A DNA stretch of 35,787 nt from Octopus bimaculoides (GCF_001194135.2 NC_068995.1:22761840-22797626), one strand, 5' to 3'; positions 22,800 through 35,715 are shown, counted from the first letter of the stretch. Notes: generated from the sequence alone by a model not told the origin. Translations and numbers: made by a program.

Positions 22800-23771
22800 N
22801 NNNNNNNNNNNNNNNNNNNNNNNNNNNNNNNNNNNNNNNNNNNNNNNNNNNNNNNNNNNNNNNNNNNNNNNNNNNNNNNNNNNNNNNNNNNNNNNNNNNN
22901 NNNNNNNNNNNNNNNNNNNNNNNNNNNNNNNNNNNNNNNNNNNNNNNNNNNNNNNNNNNNNNNNNNNNNNNNNNNNNNNNNNNNNNNNNNNNNNNNNNNN
23001 NNNNNNNNNNNNNNNNNNNNNNNNNNNNNNNNNNNNNNNNNNNNNNNNNNNNNNNNNNNNNNNNNNNNNNNNNNNNNNNNNNNNNNNNNNNNNNNNNNNN
23101 NNNNNNNNNNNNNNNNNNNNNNNNNNNNNNNNNNNNNNNNNNNNNNNNNNNNNNNNNNNNNNNNNNNNNNNNNNNNNNNNNNNNNNNNNNNNNNNNNNNN
23201 NNNNNNNNNNNNNNNNNNNNNNNNNNNNNNNNNNNNNNNNNNNNNNNNNNNNNNNNNNNNNNNNNNNNNNNNNNNNNNNNNNNNNNNNNNNNNNNNNNNN
23301 NNNNNNNNNNNNNNNNNNNNNNNNNNNNNNNNNNNNNNNNNNNNNNNNNNNNNNNNNNNNNNNNNNNNNNNNNNNNNNNNNNNNNNNNNNNNNNNNNNNN
23401 NNNNNNNNNNNNNNNNNNNNNNNNNNNNNNNNNNNNNNNNNNNNNNNNNNNNNNNNNNNNNNNNNNNNNNNNNNNNNNNNNNNNNNNNNNNNNNNNNNNN
23501 NNNNNNNNNNNNNNNNNNNNNNNNNNNNNNNNNNNNNNNNNNNNNNNNNNNNNNNNNNNNNNNNNNNNNNNNNNNNNNNNNNNNNNNNNNNNNNNNNNNN
23601 NNNNNNNNNNNNNNNNNNNNNNNNNNNNNNNNNNNNNNNNNNNNNNNNNNNNNNNNNNNNNNNNNNNNNNNNNNNNNNNNNNNNNNNNNNNNNNNNNNNN
23701 NNNNNNNNNNNNNNNNNNNNNNNNNNNNNNNNNNNNNNNNNNNNNNNNNGTATGTATGTATTTATATATAT

Positions 23772-23900
23772 AGACGTCGCTGTGTGGTAAGAAACGTACT
23801 TCCCAGGGATATGTCTTTAGGTCCAGTTCCACTCCATGGCACTATTGTCTCGGGCCGACCATAGCCATGTGAGTGAAACTGCCGCATAAAATCTGAAACA
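23772..23900 (+). mobile_element. Degenerate 5' part (tRNA-like head and core) of an octopus SINE
   Basis: gctgtgtggtaag (A-box-like), ggtccagttccact (B-box-like), then ctcgggccgaccatagccatgtgagtg, matching my recollection of a common octopus SINE. Confidence 0.65.
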
Positions 23901-24853
23901 GAGCTGATAGACAAGCACGCATACGTCTATCAGCCACTTTCTCTTTGGGTATATAAGATATTGAATGTGATATATACTATAGAATAACATTTTGAAGTGC
24001 CTAATGGCAAGCTGAGATTTATATCCTAACTTGCATATGACACACATAGATCAGACCATTTGGTATATGTTAATGAGAGCCTATGAGATGCCAGTCGCAT
24101 AAGGGATATAATAACCCCATAATGCTGAAAAAAAAATAAAAGATCTGTTATAAAATACATTTAGAATGATTTACATTTTACTAGCTACAATGAATTCGTG
24201 ATCTGGATATTGATGTCACAGTATATAACATCTACCTCCCCCCCCTTTATCAATTCTCTAATCCAGTAAGCCCTTATCACCTGATAGATACCTTATATAT
24301 TCAATAGAAAGCACAATGGCAACTTGCAGTCAATTCATGGCCTCTATATATACATTTTAATAAGTTTCCCACACCACTCTCTCTATCAAGTTCATCTGTT
24401 TCTTACACAATATCTATGATTCTCTCCTCTTTTACCACTCCTTCTATCTTTGTATTTTTTCTTTTACTCTCTCCCACTTTTAGTCTCTCTCTTTTAGTGT
24501 CTCGGTCTCTGTGTTAGTCTTTCTCTCTCTTTCTGTTTCTGTTTCTGTCGGCAGCTGTATCCATTCAACATATTTACGGTCATTTATTTGTTATGTGACA
24601 ACCTTTATCGGAGAGATTTATAAAATTGTTTATTAAATCGCCGATGAAACAATCCTATTTTCGATGTTTAATTATACCATCAAACGATTTAGAATGTTGC
24701 ATCTTCTATTAAAACTTTAGTATATCCATTAACTCTAGAAATGATTATACATTACCCTGTCTGCAATGCAGATTTTGGATCCATTTGTGATAGGAATCCA
24801 AGCTGAAATCTAGAATATTATTTTCAAATGAATTCTTTGAAAATATCATATCA

Positions 24854-24899
<46 letters not shown>

Positions 24900-25308
24900 C
24901 TTGCACATATATAACCATATATAGGCATACACAGGCATCTATTTACACATACTTATAAATATATAACCATGTATATACATATGAATAAACACACGCAAAC
25001 ACACTCACACACACATACTATTTGAACATTACATCTACTAATGCATCAGATAGATGTACCTTTGGCTACAATTTAGGGAGTTATCTATATTAAATAATCT
25101 CATACGAGGAAGTAAAACGCAAAGATTACATCATACGAAAAATGAAAAGCATAAATGATTCAAAGCGTTTTATAAATAAATATAAATATAAATACGTTGT
25201 ATATTTTTTGCCACCTTTCAGATATATGCGACATATAGTTCTCATTCGAAATCATTATCAAGCATTGAAGCACACCTTCTACCATACGCACACAAACACC
25301 CACACAAG

Positions 25309-25340
<32 letters not shown>

Positions 25341-25359
25341 CGCACACGCACACGTACAC

Positions 25360-25398
<39 letters not shown>

Positions 25399-25791
25399 TA
25401 CAAATGACACAGTTGCAACCAAACCGCACACAAGTAAATATTTCTAAAATATCTCTCGGTACATCATTATTTGATGTACCCAAAACCACGTGAAGCACGA
25501 ATATTTATATCAATATAATTATCAATATCTTACAAATACTGTGCTGTTTTGATCAGGTGTTTCATTTCATCAGTGAATATAATACTGTTTTCTTTTTTAC
25601 ATACGTATCATTCATAACGGAGGGTATCAAAACTAAAGGGGCGTAATCCGATCCTATATTAAAAACGTTGCTGTCCGTATCCAAATCCTTTCTTCATGAA
25701 TGAGAATATGTTGCACGGCATCTGAGTAGTATATATATATATACATACATATACATATATGTATATATATATGTATATATATATATATATA

Positions 25792-26202
25792 AATGTGGCT
25801 GACCCCGAGGGGTGGATGTTACTGTTGCTTTTAGCCCCAGGAGGACATCTCCTCCAGCTGGCTATCGACACACATCTGTGCCCTGTCTGTATTTGCCAAG
25901 GGAAGCTATCTTTCCCATCTTGATCTACGATACGTACGTACCCGAGTTTCAGGGTTATTTCCCTTCTTCAGCGTACGACAATCGCCGACCTTCGATGCAA
26001 AAGACATCCCTTGGCAAATATATGTAACTTTCTCCAGTGAAATTATTCACTGATATCGAAAAAGTGAAAACAAGCAATGTTAAATCTCTGAACGAGGTAT
26101 TAACAGTAACTGCACGATAGCCAGTGTCGATAGCCAGCTGGAGGAGATGTCCTCCTGGGGCTAAAACAACAGTAACATCCACCCCTCGGGGTCAGCTACA
26201 TT
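25792..26202. mobile_element. 411-bp MITE with near-perfect 80-bp TIRs and TA flanks
   Basis: TIRs 25792-25871 and 26124-26202 differ by one substitution and one 1-bp indel; TA|AATGT...ACATT|TA. Confidence 0.9.
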
Positions 26203-26374
26203 TAAGTGGCAAATATACGTTTGAATTCCATATGTAAACAAATAGCTTTTTTTTCGCGTTCGTAAAAAATGTAATAAACCGAAAATAATATAACAACAAA
26301 ACAAGTGAGTAAATTATTTTTTAAAGTATCACGCAGTGCAAAAGCAATAATCCCTACCTAATAGAATTAAGTTT

Positions 26375-26470
26375 TCAAACTGTGTTAGTCTGCGGTCATG
26401 CTGGGGTACCACCATGAAATTATTTACTTAATAACATCATCTCTCAACACAATTCTTAGTACATGGTCAC
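26375..26470 (-). mobile_element. Highly decayed SINE tail fragment
   Basis: ctgcggtcatgctggggtaccacc resembles ctgcggccatgctggaacaccgcc at 44-67. Confidence 0.4.
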
Positions 26471-27426
26471 ATGTATGTTGTATTATAAAGAGCGTCGAGA
26501 AAAGAAAATATACAAATATTAACCGAGAAAAATGAAAAGGGTCTATTTGCTGCAAAAAATGTCTACAGTGATGTGAGACATTCATTACACTCTTTTAATT
26601 GAAATGTATTTAAGTTTCTTTTTTATTGCTAGGAAAGGGACACTAGAAACACTTAAGACGTCTATAAGTGAATGTAATGAAGCAACAATATTGCAAAACT
26701 CAACTCTTCATATTGGTAAATGTAATTCATTAATTCCCACCTGAGCATCTATTTTCAAATTCACTCTAGTGAAGATTCATGAACATTTTCCCTTGACAGT
26801 CTCATCTCTTTTCCAATTTTCATTATCGTAATTTTTAAATGTGTCATGGATTATTTTACTGATTGCAGAATAAACTATAACAGTCTTTGTTCAGTCCATG
26901 AGCATATTGTCAATTTACTCAATAATTTATGTATCATACCTATTTGTATATATAATATCAATATGAGCAAAACACATGCCAACAGAAAAATGCCCAGGGG
27001 GCGGTTTTCCTGTCAGTGTGTATAATAATTTTAACCTCAGAATTTGTATGTAAAAACTAGTTTGCCTGATATTATATCATATTATGCGCAAAATTATCAT
27101 GTTTTAGCTTCTCTAAGCTGATACAGAAATGACTTTTGGTAGGATGCATTTGCGATACTTCAATTGAAATTATACTAACAATGGATGTACTGAGAACATG
27201 AAAATCGCGTCTTGCACATTATGATCCTGGAAAAAAAAGTTTTCTCGGATATTGCAAGAAACATCATTCATTTACAATATACTTTCCCGCTTCCATTCAC
27301 TGAAATTCCGTCGTAAACTGTTGAGGCACAGAATTCAAACGTTCTATAAATTTTTATCTAGTCTTTAACATGCTAATGAAATTATCTAAATTTTAACATC
27401 CATTTGCACTCACTTACATGTTCACA

Positions 27427-27465
<39 letters not shown>

Positions 27466-28042
27466 TGCATACATAAACATACACACACCTAGTTCATCCC
27501 AGCCCTTTACGTAGATTTGCGGTTTATTCTGGTTGACTTTTATGAGTCTTTACAGATTTTTCTTGGATGATACTGAGGATATTTTCTAGTGCCAAGATTA
27601 CCATAAAATAGCTGCTTTGGAAGCCTTTAACTTACATACGTGTAGCATGCCCCATTCAACTTATCTGAATGAATATGATGAGCTACTCGATGCGTTAGGG
27701 TATTCCACCTTTTGCAAGAACTTCCGCTTCAATGTTTTATTTTGCCAGATGATGTTGAATATGCACCTCATACGTTTTTTAATGAAAGAGCACAAGCAAA
27801 TTAGGATGTCTACTACGGTATACTGTGCGTGTTTCAGAAGAATGCGACAGAGCCATTTGTACGCAAGTCATATAAACGCTCAGCTAGCTTTTATTGGCGA
27901 TGCCCTGATCGGCCCATATTCTATTGTTAAGCTTCGTAAAGGCTCTATTCGTACATAATACATGCATACATACGCACACACACACACACACTCACATAGA
28001 CACACTCATACCTGCAAGCACGCCCACACACATGTGTATACG

Positions 28043-28078
<36 letters not shown>

Positions 28079-28203
28079 AGGCAAGGAAGAAAATGGAGAA
28101 TATATTTAATTGACAAACATCACAAGATCTATTTATGATTGTAATTAATAAATAATTATTGATGTTTGTCAATTAAATATCTTATCGATTTTCTTCCTTG
28201 CCT
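28079..28203. mobile_element. 125-bp palindromic MITE with TA flanks
   Basis: TA|AGGCAAGGAAGAAAAT...ATTTAATTGACAAACATCA loop TGATGTTTGTCAATTAAAT...ATTTTCTTCCTTGCCT|TA. Confidence 0.8.
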
Positions 28204-28352
28204 TATAAATTCTAGATAAACTTTTTTTAAACTCCACTTATACCTATTGTTCAACTGTGCTATTGCTTTGCTATATAAATATACTACTTCCAGTAGTATA
28301 TTGGATATTTATTGTCCCTTAGATGGTTGTCTAACCTCTAGCTCATATATAC

Positions 28353-28384
<32 letters not shown>

Positions 28385-28778
28385 NNNNNNNNNNNNNNNN
28401 NNNNNNNNNNNNNNNNNNNNNNNNNNNNNNNNNNNNNNNNNNNNNNNNNNNNNNNNNNNNNNNNNNNNNNNNNNNNNNNNNNNNNNNNNNNNNNNNNNNN
28501 NNNNNNNNNNNNNNNNNNNNNNNNNNNNNNNNNNNNNNNNNNNNNNNNNNNNNNNNNNNNNNNNNNNNNNNNNNNNNNNNNNNNNNNNNNNNNNNNNNNN
28601 NNNNNNNNNNNNNNNNNNNNNNNNNNNNNNNNNNNNNNNNNNNNNNNNNNNNNTATATATATATATATATATATATTGGTGTATTTGGAGATAGTCATAT
28701 TGCCAATTTAGCCAATGAAAACACGCATTATATATTCGGTGCTCACTTGCTTCATCTTTATTTGATATAGTATTTCAG

Positions 28779-28818
28779 TTAGAATTCTTTCGTGACACTT
28801 CTGTGACTTCATCAGTGG
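28779..28818 (-). ncRNA. Minimal Penelope-type hammerhead motif (left arm, damaged)
   Basis: CCA-CUGAUGA-A-GUCACA(GAAG)UGUCAC-GAAA-GAAUUC-UAA: a mismatch in stem II and a broken stem I. Confidence 0.45.
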
Positions 28819-29219
28819 TCCTTTCCTTCCTTCTTTCTTCGTTTTTGTATTAATTTAATTTATTATATTATATTTTGTTTACGTATTGAATTAATTCATT
28901 CCATCTATTTTTCTATTGTATTAGTTTCATATTGTTATTAGTTTATGGGATCTAATTCTGTTATAAGCTGATGCGTGTGTGGGGGGGGTGCTAGTGTTCC
29001 ATTCTAGTTATCTATTTAGGCTAGGTTTGTGTTCTATTATGTGTGTAACTTCCGTAATTTTTCTATGCGTACCGTCCGTTCTATGTGTGGACAAGATTTT
29101 AACTTCTATGTTGTTGAGTCAGCCCGCGTGTTCTATTTGTTTGCGGTTCTATTAATGGAACCTCCTGTACTGATAGGCACTGTATTGTATGTAGATTTAG
29201 CCCACAAACAAACTGTTAA

Positions 29220-29519
29220 GCTACGAATGTGTTCTATAGAACAAGATGTACAGAGGCACGGTACAGAAAGAAGATAACGATGTACGTAGCGGTGACAGCA
29301 CGGAGCATAGGAGACGAGTAAATGGGCATTTTAGGGAACTCAAGGAAGAGAAGGGATCATGGGTTCAATACTAACATGCCGAGCAGGAACACGAGGCTCA
29401 CTCAACAACATAGAAGTTAAAACCTTGTCCACGCATAGAACGGACGCTACGCTTGGACAAATTACGGAAGCTACACATTTAACAGATAGAAACCTAGCCT
29501 GAATAGAGAACTAAAATGG
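29220..29519 (+). pseudogene. GIY-YIG endonuclease remnant of the Penelope-like element
   Basis: TNVFYRTRCTE...MYVAVTARSIGD.(fs)GHFRELK...H....H.(fs)LNNIEVKTLSTHRTDATLGQITEATH. The inverted arm reads KILSTHRTDGTHRKITEVTHIIEHKPSLNR.LEW. Confidence 0.8.
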
Positions 29520-29937
29520 AGCACTAGCACACATCCCACACAGCGCACTCTATGACAGAATTAGATCCCCATAAACTAAGAACAATATGAAACTACTACA
29601 ACAGATACATAAATAAATGGAATTAAGTAATTCAATACATAATAAATAATAAATAATACAATACATAAATAAAATATAATAAATTAAATTAATACAAAAA
29701 AGAAGAAATGAAAAAGTAAGTAGATAAAACAAAAAAAATAAAATAGATAAAATTAAATTAAATGAACATGAATAAACAGTGGATACTGATAATGCAGGTA
29801 CGATAACCATTCCAACACACTAAACAAAGACACACACAGTGATAAACGCATGCGCAAAGAAAGACACATACAGCAAGAATACAAAGTGGCAGATCATTAG
29901 GAAAGAGAGACTCAAAGAAAAAAAATGAAACAATGGA

Positions 29938-29977
29938 CTACTGATGAGGTCACAGAAGTGTGACGAAAGAACTCTGG
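29938..29977 (+). ncRNA. Minimal Penelope-type hammerhead motif (right arm)
   Basis: CUA-CUGAUGA-G-GUCACA(GAAG)UGUGAC-GAAA-GAACUC-UGG: 6-bp stem II, 3-bp stem I. Confidence 0.55.
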
Positions 29978-30258
29978 CAGAAATACAATTAATATGAAAT
30001 AAAACTGAAGCAAGTATGCACCGAATATATAGTGCGTGTATTTTCATTGGCTAAATTGGCAACATTACCATCCCCAAATACAACAACAATAATTGTTTCA
30101 AAGCTCGAATTCACATCAAGAATCTTGCAAAGCACACACACACACACACACACGTGCACACACGCACAAAAACACACACNNNNNNNNNNNNNNNNNNNNN
30201 NNNNNNNNNNNNNNNNNNNNNNNNNNNNNNNNNNNNNNNNNNNNNNNNNNNNNNNNNN

Positions 30259-30291
<33 letters not shown>

Positions 30292-31790
30292 GTACATATA
30301 CACACTTAGCTTGGCTGGAAAAATGCACCGTGCCACTGCCTCTGTAATCCCTTCGAGACTGAGAGGATCCAAGTATGACAAATTCATCTTAAACCTTTGT
30401 AAGTCCAACTCTGCAATATGTATAAGTTCAGAGAATTCTATATTTCCACTACTGTGGAAAGAAGTTTCGACATAGTACTCAGGGTTGAGTCTGTGAGTTA
30501 GACATAACGTTGGTGAGACGTACATAAGAGTCGAAAGGAAATGCGTACAACTGGCAGTTTCCATTAGCTAAGAAAACCGTTAATTTGATCGAAGAATCAG
30601 AGAGCATATATTATGTAAGGCATTGGCTTGATTGTGTTGGAGAGTGACGTCATTATTCGTCTGATATGATTTATGCAGACTGTATCTAGTTGTCATCGGG
30701 TGAAATAATGTCGAGTTCTGATGAACAAGATATGTCTTTCTGAAGTATTTTTTGTATTTTGAAAATATTTGGTTACCAGGAGAACAATTCAGTAGTAATA
30801 TGGCCGAGTATTGAATGTGAGTCTCTAATTAACATGTGTTAATATGTGGTAGTATGTTCGACGCAATATTATCTTCCGGATTTTTGCAGTGATCGTATTC
30901 TTACGGTGTTGACAAAAGCCGATATCGGCACAGTAATGTAATATTCTCTTTTCAAATTAAAGGGTACATAAAACAGTGTCGGTTTGATGTTAGGTGTTTT
31001 AAATGCACGTGGTTGACGTTTCAATGTGTGGGTAAACTGAGGTAAATTTGTTTTACATAAGAATATATTCTTGATATGCAGAAGAATGTGTTAGGATCAA
31101 AACTGAATTCTGAGCTCAAAGTATTGTCAAATGTAGGATAGCGTGTGCTTTATGAAGAAAAAAAAAACCGTCGTTAGAACGAAGTCACTGTGCAAAAGAG
31201 AAAATATATAAAAGAGGCGAAATGGAGGGGGCCCACATATGGAGAGATTTGAAAGAACATTCATGTGTCAGACATGGCCAAAAGGTAAAGAGAACGGAAG
31301 ATCATTGATAAGTGATAGATGTATGTGATATTCGCTATATTTGGTTGTAAAAATCCATAGTGTTCGCAAAAATGAAGGAGAGAGTATCAACGTGTTCGAC
31401 AAGCTTATTGATTATGACTGTTACTATTACAACTAAGTTACAAAGAGTCTGTGTCATGGGTCGAGGGTTTGCATGGTAAGAAGACAGACGTGACCAATTT
31501 TTTAAGAAGTTCACTGCGCAGTTTTGAGATCCAAAGTTCATTCGCACTGGGAATCAAACATTTTCGCTACGAGTTGCATATAATAATTATGATTGAAAGT
31601 CAGAAGGTAGAAATTATAAGGATGGCTGCAGCATATCCTCTACCCTAATTCAAAGGGTTATGTTTGTCGCACAGCCTGGAATAATTTCCACCGAAATCGA
31701 TAATGTATGTACGTATCTCATAGATGTGTGTGTATCTCAAAACACACACACGCACACACACACACACATACTTACATTCGCGTATGTATG

Positions 31791-31821
<31 letters not shown>

Positions 31822-32635
31822 GCATGCATGCAAGCATGTTCGAATTTATGTCCATACATCCCATTATGCTAGAATAAGCCATGCTACAATAAATCTTCCT
31901 TTGCAATGATTCCTGTTACATATTTTGTTTCTTTCCCGATTCTATCATCGTTAGCATGTAGACAAAAATACCGTTTATGAGGGTTAACAAAAGTAGTTCT
32001 TTGTTTCTAATTTATTTTTGTTGTCGCCAGAATTCATTTAACTATAATGTCAGCCCTCACAGTAAAAAAGAATAAATACGAACTATATTAATTTAAACTT
32101 AAATCAATTTATTGTTTTAAGTGTCCAACTATTTACAGCTAACTGAATTAGAATACATTTATTTATCATCTATTATTCAGTATATTCTGGTTATTAATCC
32201 TACGGCAAAATTCTGGCGTCACAGTTTAACTTGTCTATATATTATAGAGCGAAGAATAAAAAAAAATATTAGATAGATATACAATTTTGGCATGAACATT
32301 CCTATAACTTCATTATTTAATATTGAATTTTAACTATTTTTAGCTGGAGCTGTCGTAGCACTGAAACTGTGTCTACCATTTTCGCTAGCATTATTAATGT
32401 GAAACGGAAGATTGAAAATCCCGCTACGCGACAGCCATACGGAATCCAAGATAAAAAAATAATAAATAAAGATGATGTTGTATTGATTTTTAGGAAGTAT
32501 ATAGTTGTCTGAATCTAGACAAATATGACATGTTAGCTGAACAAAAGTAGTAAAATTCCAAATATTGAAGCCAATTTGATCGATTATACTCTTCCTACCC
32601 AACTAATGTAGACTTGTGCCGGTGGTTAAAATCAA

Positions 32636-32832
32636 TATTGGTTTCTAATTTGCGCACAATGCCAGCAATTCTATGGTAGGCTTAAGTTGATTACATCGAC
32701 TTCCATAATCAACTGGTACTTATTTTATCGACCTTGAACTGATGATAGGCAAAGTCGACCATGATAGACATTGAACTCAAAACGAAACGCCGCTAAGCAT
32801 TTTGTTAACGATTCTACCAGCTAATCGCCTGA
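32636..32832 (-). mobile_element. tRNA-type octopus SINE (second family), minus-strand copy
   Basis: Reverse complement: ggcgattagctggtagaatcgttaac-aaaatgcttagcggc...gagttcaa...gtcgactttgcctatcatc...ggtcgataaaataagtaccag...gctggcattgtgcgcaaattagaaacc. Confidence 0.8.
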
Positions 32833-32854
32833 ATCAATATTAAGAAATGTTAAG

Positions 32855-33046
32855 TCAGAGTGGCGGTAGAATTGTTGGCACGCCGGGAAAAATGCTTAGC
32901 GGAATTTCGTCTGAGTTCAAATTCCGCTGAGGTCGACTTTGCCTTTCATTCTTTCGGGGTCAACAAAATAAGTGTCAGTAGAGATGTAACTAACTTAACC
33001 TCTCTACCGAAATTTCTGGCCTTGTGCCAAAATTTCAAACCAGTAA
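32855..33046 (+). mobile_element. Same SINE family, plus-strand copy
   Basis: ggtagaattgttggcacgccgggaaaaatgcttagcgg...gagttcaaattcc...gtcgactttgcctttcattctttcggggtc...ctggccttgtgccaaaatttcaaacc. Confidence 0.85.
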
Positions 33047-34009
33047 TAGAAATCTTAAGTTTACTACTCATAAATCTGATGAGTATTATAGTCATAACAA
33101 TAAAATCATTGAAAAGCCAATACATCAACGTACATACGAATTAAAAATACATTCGCACCAGCACTGAAACATCATCAAATATGAATTCTTTGGATAGAAT
33201 TGCGGTACATGAGCTTCTCTTAAACAGCCCGCCATATCGTCTGTTATGTTCGTGAACATTTTTAGGTAAATAATAAACGCAGTAAATGCGCTGTGTGACA
33301 AACAAACGTAAATCACAATGACATACAAGAATAGATCTGTTTAAGCGAAATATAATGGCTTTCATCAGCTGTACATTATAAATCAACGGTTTTGAAATTT
33401 TTTTAGCTCATGCAAACCAACCACTACGCACACATTTTTGGAATCCTTAATGTTATTGTGGTCCTTTAGATTTTATTTCTGAAAAAAAAAAATCAATTTT
33501 GTAATAAAGAGTTAACGCTTCAAGCAGTTTGCCCTTTAAAAATTCTAAAAATTTCTAATACAGATGAAATTTGTAATAGTTATGAAAAAGAACGAAATTT
33601 TAAATATTGTTTCAAAATAGTTATATTATTATGAAATAATTTGTATTGATAACTTGTAGAGACAAGTTTTGAACAAAAATTTGAAATAATAAATAATCGT
33701 TTTTTTTTTGTCCAGAGATGACCATTTTCAACCGCAAAAAAATATTTTCAGTGTTCAATAAAATAATTCATAATATTTATCTCCATTTAAAAGTCGATGC
33801 CCTATTAGAACATAGAATACGGTGTTATTTAGCACGAGAGAATCTCTCATATGGAATGTTGGGTTATATATGCACTCGTGGGCTTATTAAAACATAATTA
33901 ATAGAGCCAGAAGTAGTTTTCATACCAAAAGAAAATATTTGTGCTCACTTTAATGTGGATGCCGTGTTATAAAGCTGAATACTGCGTTATTTTCCACTAA
34001 ATCCCATTG

Positions 34010-34525
34010 GCTCTTCGTGGCACCACTACTTGAATGGACTCTGGGCTTCTATACGTATCGCTGCTATGTCTAACCTTGGATATCTACCATTGACAAGGCT
34101 AAAAAAGGGAAAATCACATGACCTGGTAATTACAGTGGCAGTAGTCGATGACTACCGCTAGCAGTATAAACACGAGTGCTTATATGCACCTCAAGTCAAT
34201 AAGAAATGTTCTCTCATGGTAACTAAAGCACTCTTTGTTACTAACATTGCTTCTCTCGCCAGTAATCATCTTTCATAAGCTCACTAGCTTTTCGCAACAC
34301 CACTGCCTCAATAGACTCTGATATTCTATACATATCGCTAAGAGGAGCATCGCCGCTATCTCTATCCGCAGATGTATTCTCCTGAAAACGCTAAGGAAGG
34401 GGGAAATCACGAGATTTGGCAGTTCCAGTGGCGATCGCGGACGATAATCACCCACTACAGATATAAACACGAACGCATATATGCACCACAAATGCATACG
34501 AGAGGTTCTTAATGGTAAATGATGT
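34010..34525. repeat. Degenerate tandem duplication, period about 280-300 bp
   Basis: Collinear shared blocks: caccact (34021/34298), gactctg, ttctatac.tatcgct, gggaaaatcac, cagtggc, tataaacacga (34165/34462), tatatgcacc, atggtaa. Confidence 0.7.
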
Positions 34526-34653
34526 TGTATTCTGCGTTCTAACGCAAATAATTTTAAATAAGTTTTATTTTATTGAGCTTTGAGTATTGATACTTCTATC
34601 GCTATTATTTATTTTTTCATATATTTAGCTAATATAAAACGCATAACAACAAA

Positions 34654-35670
34654 CATCAATTAAGACATATCTGGTCGTCTCGCATTTATGATTTGGTTGC
34701 ACTGCATGTTAAAATCACAGGGTATTTTGTGATGTTCATTTTCCATTACTCTCTCTGGCTTGTATTCATACCATTGTTCATCTCTCTCAAGGTTTGCTTT
34801 AACGCATATCAGCGAGTGGACATATCTGGACACATTGTGGTGTCTCCTTTTGTATTTGCGTTGTGCGAGCGTACAACATTTACTAACAATATGGTTTATA
34901 TTTCTCCCATCTTAGATGCCATACTACACTGTGGCGTGTCAGTGCTTTTATCAATGTGATATTTGGAGTAGTTTGTTCTGAGAGTTTGTTCTAGAGCGCT
35001 GCACACTAAAGCCTTAATGGGCCCTTTAAGTTTCATTTCTGCAGCCATTGTCAGGTTCTATTCCATTCAATCTGATTTTTAATCTTGCATTTTCTTCTGC
35101 CAAATTTTCTTCATGTGCTCTTTCTGGTCTTTTTAAAATTGTGCTGGATCTACGGCTTCGTTCATTTTTTACGGTTCTCTGCATCTTCACTGCTTCAATC
35201 ATTCCTATTTTACTCCCCTTGACATACCAAACCAGGATTTTCTACTTTTCCCTTACATAACCTTCACAACACAGCAATCCCTGCCCTCCTTCTTTCCTCT
35301 TTACATTCAATCCTCAAACGTCACACTTGGGGTGTAACTCCTTGTTTATTGTCATTAAAGTACCTGTACTCCGGTCTATCCCTTGTAATTCATGCTTCTT
35401 CCAGGATACTATTCCTGCCCCATATCTCATCAAAGCAACCGACCACATGTTAACTGCTATAATCTCATAGCGGCCATTAAGCTTCGATTGGAGCACAAGC
35501 GAAGTTTTCCTCACCTACTTTATCCTGTACATTTCTTTCATCTTGAGTTTATTCCTCTTATCTCTTCCAATGATACCCAGGTATTTATATCCTTCCTCTC
35601 CGACTTCCTTTAAAGTCTCACCACTTTCCAGCTTGATCCCATGATTTTGCTGATTTCCTCCTTTTGAGAA
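34654..35670 (-). mobile_element. R4/Dong-clade non-LTR retrotransposon remnant (RT C-terminus, CCHC knuckle, RLE start)
   Basis: Minus strand: YKYLGI...LQSKLNGRYEIIAVNMWSV.LMRYGAGIVSW...HPKCDV..L.V.RKEGG.GL...EQTLRTN...C..(fs)NHIVSKC..LAQRKYKRRH.NV...DFNMQCNQIINARRPD. Confidence 0.88.
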
Positions 35671-35673
35671 TCA

Positions 35674-35715
<42 letters not shown>

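Larger units (their letters stand above)
28674..30090 (+). mobile_element. 5'-truncated Penelope-like element with an inverted copy of its 3' end (foldback)
   Basis: Left arm 28674-29133 is the reverse complement of right arm 29387-30090, which carries extra A-rich sequence. A GIY-YIG remnant lies in the spacer and right arm. Each arm has a CUGAUGA...GAAA motif followed by AATAAA. Confidence 0.85.

Noticed and set aside
10682-23832. Long ORFs of 240-390 aa in the track
   Set aside because: They consist of X residues from N-gaps plus (TA)n-derived IYIY.
23772-23850. tRNA gene
   Set aside because: The A/B-box-like motifs are degenerate, there is no cloverleaf, and the sequence continues into a SINE body.
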